DNA of 49,150 nucleotides from Methanobacteriota archaeon (GCA_003229935.1 QIGD01000002.1:1-49150); one strand, 5' to 3'. Counted from the first letter of the stretch, positions 36,943-45,169 are shown. A program made the numbers and translations. The notes: generated by a model not told the origin, from the letters alone.

Positions 36943-37740
36943 ATGGGCTTTAAAGTTAAAGGCGTGGTTATAGAGTATTTGGAGAAGCCTAAGGTTAAGA
37001 AGGGCAGGCTGATTCAGGGACTTCTTGGAGTTGGGCAGGTAGGGTTGATGGCTGGTAAGCAGATTATAGACTCTACAAAGGCAAGGAAAATAGCACATAT
37101 ATATTCTAGCAGTTTTTTGTATCCTGGGGTTGTACTGCCTGGGGTAGTTTATGATGATAAGAATCTTGTTGATCTTCACAGAAATGAGATATATTTCGAT
37201 GAGGAAAAAGAAATTTTTATTATCACAGGTATATATCAAGGAACTTCCCCTGAAAGTTACTTTGAGGTGGCTGAGGCTACAACTGAGTTCTGCAGAGAAG
37301 TAGGAGTTAAAGAGATATATACCCTAGGCGGATATGGTGTAGGGAAAAAGATTGAAGAGCCTGCAGTCTATGGTGTGGTTTACTCTGAAGAGAGAAAGAA
37401 AGAACTGGATGAAAATAATATTGAGCTTCTCAAGGCTACTGATGGTACACTTGGTGCCACGGGCCTTGCAGGAATATTGATTCCATTAGGTGAAAAAAAT
37501 GGATTTAAAAGTGTATGCCTGCTGGCTGAGACTCCCGGTAGTTACCCTGACCCTAAGGCTTCCAAAACAATTCTATCTGTACTTAGCAAACTGATTGATA
37601 TTGAGATTTCAAGTGAGGAACTTGATGAACAGATAAAGACTATGGAGAAGGAACTTGCCAAGATGGAAGAGTATGAAAGAAAGATGTCAGAGATGTATAA
37701 GACCCCTTCCAAGGAAGAGACTTTACATTATATAGGATAG
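36943..37740 (+). CDS. PAC2-family proteasome assembly chaperone-like protein
   Basis: GLLGVGQVGLMAGKQII...TLGGYGVG...GATGLAGIL..., followed by a C-terminal coiled-coil tail. Confidence 0.65.
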   Translation: MGFKVKGVVIEYLEKPKVKKGRLIQGLLGVGQVGLMAGKQIIDSTKARKIAHIYSSSFLYPGVVLPGVVYDDKNLVDLHRNEIYFDEEKEIFIITGIYQGTSPESYFEVAEATTEFCREVGVKEIYTLGGYGVGKKIEEPAVYGVVYSEERKKELDENNIELLKATDGTLGATGLAGILIPLGEKNGFKSVCLLAETPGSYPDPKASKTILSVLSKLIDIEISSEELDEQIKTMEKELAKMEEYERKMSEMYKTPSKEETLHYIG

Positions 37741-38126
37741 CCTCTTCTTTTCTATCTTTTCTTCTAATATTACGCTGGGTAAAGGATTGATAACTCGGGT
37801 TGGTGAATTCATCCATGAATTCTTCGAACACGGAATTAAGTTTTGCTGGTACTCCTACGAGACCATCCAATTACCCCTTTAAAACTCTGGTTCTAATTGG
37901 ATAAGATCAATTCGAAACTCCTCCTCCTATACCTTCCAGCTAAAATTCTATATAAAATCAGTGGAAACGTGGTCTCTTAATCAGCCGAAATCGGTTGAGG
38001 TCGTGTTAAACAAAATCGGGATGAAGGATTTACTACAAGAAGAGACCCGACTGAAAGTGTAGGTAGCACATCGTCGCTATTCAGGTAAATATAATGAAGA
38101 AGAAGATATTTACTCATATTATATAA

Positions 38127-38210
38127 CGCCGGGGAAGGGATTTGAACCCCTGGGCTCAAACGAGCACCAGATCTCGAATCTGGCGCCTTTCCTAGCTAGG
38201 CTACCCCGGC
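38127..38210 (-). tRNA. tRNA-Ser (anticodon CGA), class II with long variable arm
   Basis: Reverse complement: GCCGGGGTAGCCTAGCTAGGAAAGGCGCCAGATTCGAGATCTGGTGCTCGTTTGAGCCCAGGGGTTCAAATCCCTTCCCCGGC plus discriminator G. 7-bp acceptor stem, anticodon loop TTCGAGA, T-loop TTCAAAT. Confidence 0.9.
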
Positions 38211-38310
38211 CACATCCTTATTATAAAACCTGACAACTCAAGATTTTTCTGTTTTTAAACTTAAAATATTTTATAAAGTACACGTTTAATCATATAGTTA
38301 CCTATCATAG

Positions 38311-38349
38311 TTTTACAACAATGTTTCCAGACTTAAAAGATTGTTGTAA
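38311..38349. promoter_or_regulatory. Candidate recombinase or operator site: 10-bp inverted repeat ttacaacaat / attgttgtaa with a 17-nt spacer
   Basis: 38313-38322 and 38340-38349 are exact reverse complements. The 16-nt motif ttttacaacaatgttt recurs at 38427-38442, and with 14/16 identity at 40450-40465. Confidence 0.4.
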
Positions 38350-38455
38350 TTATACATCAGACAAATTAACCTATTTAACATATCCTATATAAAATATATG
38401 TTAGAAACTAACTATTCAACGGAAATTTTTACAACAATGTTTTAAAAGGCAAGGG

Positions 38456-39130
38456 TTATTGTAATTTTAATTTTTCAAGGATTTTAAGCGTTCTATAAAC
38501 CTTTACGTGATTTATATCAATTTCAAATTCTTCTGCAACTTTGGTGGCTATTTTTCTGTATGATAACTTCCTCTGCCTCAATTCCTTAATTCTTAGTGCT
38601 GCCTCGGATGGTGTAACCTTTGTGTGCTTTTCTCTTTCTACCTCAAATAAGTCTGGAATTCTACCTATCCAGTATCCATCCTTCTTTATCTTCTGCATTC
38701 CAAACCTGGTCTTTCTTGCTAAATCTTTTCTGAAATAGGTTGCAAAACCGGCCTGAAGAGTGAAAAAGAGTTCACCTTCGGGAGATGTTATATCAACATC
38801 CAGGTTTGAAAATCTGAATCTCACCTGATGTCTGAGGAGCTCCTGGGTGATCGTTAGAGCATCTTTTGTATCTCTGCTTAGCCTGTCGTTGTGATAACAT
38901 AGGACAACCGAAAATTCTTTGTTTTTTGCGTCTTTGATTAGTTTCTGGAGAGCAGGTCTTTTCAAATTTTTCCCACTGTAGCCTTCATCAGTATATGTGC
39001 CGTAAACTTCAAAATCTTCTTTTTTTGCCCATTCCTCAAGAAACTCTTTCTGTGCTTCAATACTGGCTCCTTTTTCGACCTGCTCCTCTGTGCTTACTCT
39101 GATGTAAAGAGCTGCTTTTTCACTGCCCAT
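38456..39130 (-). CDS. Small serine recombinase (resolvase/invertase type) with C-terminal HTH
   Basis: ALYIRVSTEEQ nucleophile motif, YHNDRLSRD, the alpha-E region, and C-terminal LSYRKIATKV HTH. 224 aa. Confidence 0.85.
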   Translation of the reverse strand: MGSEKAALYIRVSTEEQVEKGASIEAQKEFLEEWAKKEDFEVYGTYTDEGYSGKNLKRPALQKLIKDAKNKEFSVVLCYHNDRLSRDTKDALTITQELLRHQVRFRFSNLDVDITSPEGELFFTLQAGFATYFRKDLARKTRFGMQKIKKDGYWIGRIPDLFEVEREKHTKVTPSEAALRIKELRQRKLSYRKIATKVAEEFEIDINHVKVYRTLKILEKLKLQ

Positions 39131-39215
39131 AATGTTAGATTGTGATGGTTCATATATATCTGTTACGTAAGGGAGCCCTTACGTAACTGAAAATTTCAAG
39201 GAAAATGGGGTAATT

Positions 39216-39941
39216 TTAAGGGACATTGTCTTTGAGATACCGGGACTGGAAATCAAAAGCGTCGTTGACTATGGGAGTGTATGAGAGGCCTTTCAGTCTT
39301 GATAAAGCCTCCTCATACTCTTTTTCAGCAATTATTGCTTTGTGAGAACCTTTAACAAGAATGTTGTTCCATCTCAGATAACCACAGTATATAGGATTTG
39401 AAAGAATCTTTGATATGGTCTGCTTTTTCCATTTTTTACCTTTCTTTGTCAGGACTTTTCCTTTATTCAGAATCTCTACTATTTCAGAAAGACTTTTTCC
39501 GTTTATATATAAAGAAAAAATTTTTTTTACATGCCAGAACTCCTTTCTCTCAATAATAAGTCTGTTATTCCTATAGGTATACCCATATGGTGCAGAAAAC
39601 CCTGGATAGTTTCCTGATTTGACTCTTCTTTCAAGACCAAATCTGATTTTTTCAGAAATATTCTGGGATAAATCAAGAATTTTTATAAGAAATGTATTTC
39701 TGTCTTTGAAAGAAGTTATATTTTCTCTGGCCAGAGCAACTTCTATATCTTTTGAAAATAATTCTGCTAGAAAATATGGGAAATTTCTAATCTCTCTCTG
39801 TGCTGCAGCAAGAGATGATAAAACAATCACATCCACGTCTGTGTTCTCTGGATACTCTCCAGCATATATCCATTTCATTTTATTTATATAATCCAGTATT
39901 CCTTTTTTCTTTCCAGATACTGAGGCAGCTTTTACACTCAA
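39216..39941 (-). CDS. Recombinase-domain protein (large-serine-recombinase RD) without a recognisable catalytic Ser motif or zinc ribbon
   Basis: PYGYTYRNNRLIIERKEFWHVKKIFSLYINGKSLSEIVEILNKGKVLTKKGKKWKKQTISKILSNPIYCGYL is the PF07508-type block. The N-terminal 110 aa resemble only the distal part of a resolvase domain. Confidence 0.65.
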   Translation of the reverse strand: MSVKAASVSGKKKGILDYINKMKWIYAGEYPENTDVDVIVLSSLAAAQREIRNFPYFLAELFSKDIEVALARENITSFKDRNTFLIKILDLSQNISEKIRFGLERRVKSGNYPGFSAPYGYTYRNNRLIIERKEFWHVKKIFSLYINGKSLSEIVEILNKGKVLTKKGKKWKKQTISKILSNPIYCGYLRWNNILVKGSHKAIIAEKEYEEALSRLKGLSYTPIVNDAFDFQSRYLKDNVP

Positions 39942-40438
39942 TTCTTTTCTCCTCCAATAATACTTTCAATATTTTTGAGAATTTCATGTCTAAGCTGAAC
40001 TTTTTCTATGTCTTTTGGTCTTGTTTTTAAAGTTAAATATTTTATTCTACCCAGTACTCTTGCAGATTTTGGAAGTACTTTACCCTTCTCTTCTATCTCA
40101 TCGAGTACTTTGTTAATTCTTAGGTTATATCTCTCAAGCTTGCCAGTCAGCATATATTTTTCTTCACTTTCTTTATAATCTTTATCTTCAATATTTGCCT
40201 TAATCTCTTCAATAAGTTTGGCAATTCTCAACCCTTTTTCAGTCAAAATTAGCTTCTTCTCTCTCCCTGTTTTTTCACTTTTTATTATTTCTATCTCTTC
40301 AAGGCCTTTTGCAACATTAAATAGATGAGAGTAAGAGGCTTGAAGATTCCTTCCAATTTCTGAGATATTTGAATTTTTTTTCTCATTCAGGTAGAGGATC
40401 AGACCGGTTCCTATCTTCTGAAATATCAATTTGCTCAT
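39938..40438 (-). CDS. Winged-helix DNA-binding protein with coiled-coil C-terminus
   Basis: NISEIGRNLQASYSHLFNVAKGLEEIEIIKSEKTGREKKLILTEKG. First gene of the recombinase cassette, with a 4-nt overlap to the next gene. Confidence 0.6.
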   Translation of the reverse strand: MSKLIFQKIGTGLILYLNEKKNSNISEIGRNLQASYSHLFNVAKGLEEIEIIKSEKTGREKKLILTEKGLRIAKLIEEIKANIEDKDYKESEEKYMLTGKLERYNLRINKVLDEIEEKGKVLPKSARVLGRIKYLTLKTRPKDIEKVQLRHEILKNIESIIGGEKN

Positions 40439-40449
40439 ATCATTTCACC

Positions 40450-40465
40450 TTTTACAATAATGATT
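40450..40465 (+). repeat. Third copy (14/16) of the 16-nt motif bracketing the recombinase cassette
   Basis: ttttacaataatgatt compared with ttttacaacaatgttt at 38311 and 38427, in the same orientation. Confidence 0.4.
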
Positions 40466-40605
40466 GTATTTTAAAACATATCTATAAAATTTTGATATAC
40501 AAACTATATTTTATATAATATATAATACTTTCTATTCTTTATTAAACATATGTCTTTCTTTTAAAAAGAAAAGACTTAAAAGCCCCAATAAATTATAATA
40601 AATTC

Positions 40606-41913
40606 ATGGAAAAGAAAATCTGTCTTACTATTGCTGGGTCAGATTCAGGAGGAGGTGCAGGCATACAACAAGATTTGAAAACCTTTGCAGCTCTGGATGT
40701 TCATGGTGTCAGTGCAATAACCGCTCTTACAGCTCAGAATACATGCGAGGTTAGAGAAGTTTTTCAAATAACCTCAGATTTTATTAAGAGTCAGATTGAT
40801 GTTATATTTAGTGATTTTAATATTTCAGCAGCCAAAACAGGTATGTTATATTCCAGTAGTATAATATCTGCTGTAAGCAGTTATGCTAAAAAGGTGCCTT
40901 TCATTGTGGACCCTGTCATGGTTTCCACTTCAGGTGATATTTTACTTGAAGAAGAAGCTCTCAGCATACTGAAAGAAAAGTTACTGTCCAGAGCTGCTTT
41001 AATCACTCCGAATATCAGGGAAGCTGAGATTCTCACAGGAATTAAGATTGAAAATTTTAGGGATATGAAGAAAGCTTCAGAGGAATTAAGTGTTTATGCC
41101 CCTGTCCTCCTTAAGGGTGGTCATCTCAGTGCAATGGATATTCTATTTTACGATAATAGAGTATATAAATTAAAAGGGAGATATATAGAAGGTGAATTTC
41201 ATGGCACAGGATGTGCCTATTCTGCTGCAGTAACTGCCTATATTGCGAGAGATTATAATCTCGTAGATGCTGTAAGGATGTCAAAAACTTATATTCAAAT
41301 CCTGATTGAAAACTCCTGCTACTATGGAAAAGGTGCAGAAATACTTGACCCTCTTTATAATCTCAAAAGAGAAGCTGAAAAGATAGGAGTTATTGAAGAA
41401 CTTTCAAAAAATGTTGAGAAACTCATTGAAATTAAAAATATTGATATGCTTATACCTGAAGTTGGTATGAACTTTGGATATGCTCTTAAAAATCCACAAA
41501 CAACTGGAGATGTTGTAGCCCTCAATGGCAGAATAGTAAAAGTTAGAGGAAAAGCCCGTACATATGGCTGTGTTGAATTTGGTGCATCAAAGCATATAGC
41601 AGGAGTTATCCTTGCAGCTTCAAAACTTTATCCAGAAATAAGAGCATGTTTAAATATAAAATTCAGCAGAAAGGTCCTTCAGGCATGCTTTAATTCTGGT
41701 ATGAGTTATGCAAGTTTTGATAGGGGAGACGAGCCATCTGGAAAAAGTACTATGGAATGGGGAACAGCCAGTGCTATGAAAAAGGCCGAAAAAGCTGTTG
41801 ATATTATATATGACAGAGGAGGTACAGGTAAGGAGGCGATGATAAGAGTGCTGGGTACCACACCTTTTGAAGTCATTGAGAAAGTTGCAGGTATAGTCGC
41901 GGGGTTAAATTAA
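40606..41913 (+). CDS. thiDN: Bifunctional ThiD (HMP/HMP-P kinase) and ThiN (thiamine-phosphate synthase)
   Basis: N-terminal ICLTIAGSDSGGGAGIQQDLKT...GTGCAYSAAV, plus a C-terminal ~190-aa ThiN-like domain. Confidence 0.85.
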   Translation: MEKKICLTIAGSDSGGGAGIQQDLKTFAALDVHGVSAITALTAQNTCEVREVFQITSDFIKSQIDVIFSDFNISAAKTGMLYSSSIISAVSSYAKKVPFIVDPVMVSTSGDILLEEEALSILKEKLLSRAALITPNIREAEILTGIKIENFRDMKKASEELSVYAPVLLKGGHLSAMDILFYDNRVYKLKGRYIEGEFHGTGCAYSAAVTAYIARDYNLVDAVRMSKTYIQILIENSCYYGKGAEILDPLYNLKREAEKIGVIEELSKNVEKLIEIKNIDMLIPEVGMNFGYALKNPQTTGDVVALNGRIVKVRGKARTYGCVEFGASKHIAGVILAASKLYPEIRACLNIKFSRKVLQACFNSGMSYASFDRGDEPSGKSTMEWGTASAMKKAEKAVDIIYDRGGTGKEAMIRVLGTTPFEVIEKVAGIVAGLN

Positions 41914-41940
41914 TAAACGTGAAGATTTCAATCCTCTTCC

Positions 41941-43722
41941 ATGAATCAAGAGACTGAAACCCATCTGGAATATTCATTACATAGAGAAAAGGCTAAAACT
42001 CCCGAAGAGCTTTATATTGATTATAAAAATACCTATATTTATCTTATACTTTCGAAAATCCAGAGGAAATTTGATGAGAAGGGCTTTCACCAGATGTTAG
42101 CCTATCTTGTGATGGTGATATTCACCTTTGATTATCTTGACCGCACAGGAAATCATAGAGAAACCAGAGAATTTTTAAAGTTTACAGGCTGGTCACTTGA
42201 CAGGTACTCAGAACTTTCAGGTAAAAACCTTGAAGATAAGATAACTCTGGCTGTGAATATTGAATATCCCCAGCTACCTGAAGATGAAAAATCTGAAATT
42301 ATAAAGATGGTGAAGGCTTCTTGGAAATGGCTGAATCTGGATAAAAATGAGACAGAAAATTTTGAAAAAATTATAGACGAAAAAAGAAGGTTATATAAGT
42401 TAATTGACACTCTCCATGATAGAGAAAGATTAAACATAATTGAATTTTTGAGAGAAAATATGGGTACTGAAACCAGTATTGAACTTATGAATATTGGAAT
42501 AGTACCTACAGAGCTTTGTGTTAATAACTGCCGCTTCTGTGTTGCAGCATGGAAATCAAAACCAGAGGAGAGAGGTAAAAGTATAACTCCTGAGGATTTT
42601 AAGCGTATTGCCTCGGAAGTAATGACTTTTGCAAATAAAGAGAACCTGATAGTTACAGTAACTGGAGGTGAGCCTTTCCTAGAGCTTGATAGGCTTGAAG
42701 ATCTGATTTCTAGAGCAGACTCCAGAATTGATATAACTACCAGTGGTATATGGGCATCCTCTGAAGAAAAAGCCTATGAAGTTCTCAGCAGGATTGATAG
42801 AGCGAGAAAGAAAAATACAAATAAAAACTTTCATATGTCCCTTCAGCTTAGTTTAGATGCCTTCCACCAGGAGGTTTTCCATGATGAAAGAGGAAATTAT
42901 TATCAGAATGTGCCTGTTGAATATCTGATTAATATTATCAATGTTATACATAAGAAAATCCCTGAAATTGAACTTGTTCTCCTTACAAAGCTATCTGTTT
43001 ATCCTGACCCTCTTGTCCAGTTAATTCTCAGACTTGGGGAAAATGGGTATACAGTGAGGCTGGGGGAGAAGTTCTATAAAGAAAGTATTAAAATACCTAT
43101 TATTGAAGGTAGCGATATTATAACAAAACCGGCATTACTGAAAGCCTATATGTATCTTGTGCCTCGTGGCACCACGGGGCAGGAAGTCCAGCCAATTCTT
43201 ATCTTCTATACTGCTGTTGAGAGTATAGGCAAAGCTTCTGCCCTTGAAGAATTTGAATTTCCTGGCTTCAGAAGGGAAGTGAAGCAATTTCTCGAAGGAA
43301 AGTTTCCTGAACCCCTGCCCCTCATTGGAATAGAGGTGAGTGACGATGGTCTTGTGTACCCTGGAGCTCACTCCCTATATACATGGAGTATAGGAGATGT
43401 GTTGCATGAAAGTCTTGATGAGATTTATGATAGGATAAAATATGACCCTCTTGTTAGAGCTCTTAACACCTCACCCTATCTCATAGTAAAAATTGCCTTT
43501 GAGGCTGAAGAACTCGAGCTTGAAAGAGAATCATCACCCCTTGCTGCAGTATATAAAGTTCTTGAAAGACCTGAACTCCGTCTTTATATAACTAAAAGGC
43601 TCCTTCAGGAACTTCTAGAGTACAACCCATTCATAAGGAAGTTAAGAATACCAGAAAAGAAATATCTATTACGTGATTATAAAAATGCTGTAAAAAATAA
43701 CACAATATATAAAAATGAGTGA
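41941..43722 (+). CDS. Radical SAM protein with ~190-aa N-terminal and ~200-aa C-terminal extensions of unknown type
   Basis: CVNNCRFC (CX3CX2C) around residue 194 and a GGEPFLE SAM-binding motif. No SPASM or twitch cysteines visible. Confidence 0.7.
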   Translation: MNQETETHLEYSLHREKAKTPEELYIDYKNTYIYLILSKIQRKFDEKGFHQMLAYLVMVIFTFDYLDRTGNHRETREFLKFTGWSLDRYSELSGKNLEDKITLAVNIEYPQLPEDEKSEIIKMVKASWKWLNLDKNETENFEKIIDEKRRLYKLIDTLHDRERLNIIEFLRENMGTETSIELMNIGIVPTELCVNNCRFCVAAWKSKPEERGKSITPEDFKRIASEVMTFANKENLIVTVTGGEPFLELDRLEDLISRADSRIDITTSGIWASSEEKAYEVLSRIDRARKKNTNKNFHMSLQLSLDAFHQEVFHDERGNYYQNVPVEYLINIINVIHKKIPEIELVLLTKLSVYPDPLVQLILRLGENGYTVRLGEKFYKESIKIPIIEGSDIITKPALLKAYMYLVPRGTTGQEVQPILIFYTAVESIGKASALEEFEFPGFRREVKQFLEGKFPEPLPLIGIEVSDDGLVYPGAHSLYTWSIGDVLHESLDEIYDRIKYDPLVRALNTSPYLIVKIAFEAEELELERESSPLAAVYKVLERPELRLYITKRLLQELLEYNPFIRKLRIPEKKYLLRDYKNAVKNNTIYKNE

Positions 43723-43746
43723 CTGGTTTCAGATTGTAAAAGAAAG

Positions 43747-43759
43747 AATATATATATTA
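43747..43759 (+). promoter_or_regulatory. TATA-like box upstream of the small-ORF / SPASM maturase unit
   Basis: aatatatatatta lies about 30-40 nt upstream of ATG 43788, and ggtga lies 5 nt upstream of that ATG. Confidence 0.35.
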
Positions 43760-43787
43760 CCTGTGTTAACAATATTATGGTGATAAT

Positions 43788-43856
43788 ATGAAAATAAGTA
43801 AAATAAATAAGAAGGTTCTATATAGTTGTGCTCAGTGCCATAAGGGCTGCATGTAG
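43788..43856 (+). CDS. 22-aa Cys-rich peptide, candidate RiPP precursor
   Basis: Own translation: MKISKINKKVLYSCAQCHKGCM. Lys-rich N-terminal half and a CxxCxxxC C-terminal half that includes CAQCH. The stop TAG abuts the next ATG. Confidence 0.45.
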   Translation: MKISKINKKVLYSCAQCHKGCM

Positions 43857-44006
43857 ATGATTAATATGGGGCTAACTGAAGAAGTGAGGACAAGAGTGTG
43901 TACCAAGTGTGATTTTTATAAAGAAGAAGAGAAGCTGGAATGTGCAGCCTTCAAAGAAGCAAGAAAACTGGTTGAGCAAAAGAAAATAACACTTGATGAT
44001 CTCTGA
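43857..44006 (+). CDS. 49-aa Cys-containing small protein, alternative precursor or accessory
   Basis: Own translation: MINMGLTEEVRTRVCTKCDFYKEEEKLECAAFKEARKLVEQKKITLDDL. Its TGA overlaps the ATG of the maturase (cTGATG at 44004-44008). Confidence 0.45.
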   Translation: MINMGLTEEVRTRVCTKCDFYKEEEKLECAAFKEARKLVEQKKITLDDL

Positions 44007-45169
44007 TGTATCCTAAACTTAAGAATTCAGTTTTGAAGATGGCTGAATCTCCTTTTTTGTATAATTATTTAGAAGATGAAATATATGAATTGGATTTTGA
44101 AGCCTTTGACCTCCTGAAACATTTCACAGGTAAAAATTCATTGGAATCTATTACAAGAGACCCTTCGGAGGAGGTTAAGGAACTGATTGATTTCTTGGCC
44201 TCTGAAGGATGTATAGAAGACAGCCATATGAAACATTCCTGTGATATGTTCAATGTTGTAGAAAATTCTAAACCTTCTCTCAGATATCTCCAGATGCACA
44301 TAACAACAAAATGCAATCTGGACTGTGCCCACTGCTACCTTGGAAAGAAAAGTGGTATTGATATGGAAAAAAAGCTTGCTTTTAAAATAATAGATGAGTT
44401 CTCTGAGGTTGGATGGAAGCTTTTGATAACTGGTGGCGAACCCTTTCTAAGCAGTCACTTCTGGGATATTCTGAAATATGCATCAAAGAAACCCCTGAGA
44501 ATTGAGGTTTTCACAAATGGAACACTTCTCACAGAAGGTATGGCAGAAAAGCTTGGCAAATATGCTCACATGGTACAGATTAGTCTTGATGGTATTGAAA
44601 CAGGGCATGAAATTTTGAGAGGAAGGGGAACTTTCAAAAGTACAATAAAAGGGATAGAAAATGCCAGAAAATACGTTGAGGTTTCGATAGCCACTATGAT
44701 TCACTCCTATAATCTTAAGGAATTCCCGGAACTTTCGGAATTAATTGAAGAACTTGATATTGAGGGTTGGAGCCTTGATGTACCCTCATCCAAAGGCAAT
44801 CTTGAATTCAGGCAGGAGCTTATTCCTGATTATAAAGAAGCAGCCAGAATATATTCTAGCTATGGTTTCTCCAATGAAATGCATCTTGGGAGTGAGAATT
44901 TTGCATGTGGCTCTCATCTTATGTCTGTAAGTGTTGATGGAAATATAACAAAATGTGGCTTCTTTGATAGGAGTTTGGGCAGAATTGGTAAAATCTCGCT
45001 TATGGAGGGCTGGAAGAAAGTTATTGAAAATTTTGTTCCAGATTTACAGGAGTTGGAATGCCGAGAATGTATAAACCTCAGAGAATGTAGGGGAGGTTGT
45101 AGATATAGGGCTGAATTAAGTGGGGATTTTCTTGCTAAAGACCCCTTCATGTGCACACTTCTGGAATAA
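44006..45169 (+). CDS. Radical SAM / SPASM peptide-modifying enzyme with N-terminal PqqD-like (RRE) domain
   Basis: Residues 1-90: IYELDFEAFDLLKHFTGKNSLESI...VKELIDFLASEGCIE. CNLDCAHC at Cys103/107/110 and GGEPFL. C-terminus: C-x10-G-x4-C (CGSHLMSVSVDGNITKC) then CRECINLRECRGGC (CX2CX5CX3C) and a trailing Cys. Confidence 0.85.
   Translation: MYPKLKNSVLKMAESPFLYNYLEDEIYELDFEAFDLLKHFTGKNSLESITRDPSEEVKELIDFLASEGCIEDSHMKHSCDMFNVVENSKPSLRYLQMHITTKCNLDCAHCYLGKKSGIDMEKKLAFKIIDEFSEVGWKLLITGGEPFLSSHFWDILKYASKKPLRIEVFTNGTLLTEGMAEKLGKYAHMVQISLDGIETGHEILRGRGTFKSTIKGIENARKYVEVSIATMIHSYNLKEFPELSELIEELDIEGWSLDVPSSKGNLEFRQELIPDYKEAARIYSSYGFSNEMHLGSENFACGSHLMSVSVDGNITKCGFFDRSLGRIGKISLMEGWKKVIENFVPDLQELECRECINLRECRGGCRYRAELSGDFLAKDPFMCTLLE

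Noticed and set aside
37977-38159. 60-aa minus-strand ORF overlapping tRNA-Ser, and the 76-aa ORF 37640..37870 overlapping the PAC2 gene end.
   Set aside because: One overlaps a confident tRNA and the other overlaps a confident CDS. Neither has recognisable motifs.
44006-45169. Assigning the SPASM enzyme to heme/siroheme-pathway radical SAM enzymes (AhbD/NirJ), given dsrAB and cbiX in the window and the CXXCH in the peptide.
   Set aside because: As I recall, those enzymes carry the CX3CX2C motif near the N-terminus and lack a ~90-aa PqqD-like leader-binding domain. The coupled small ORFs also fit a peptide substrate better. This remains testable by phylogeny.
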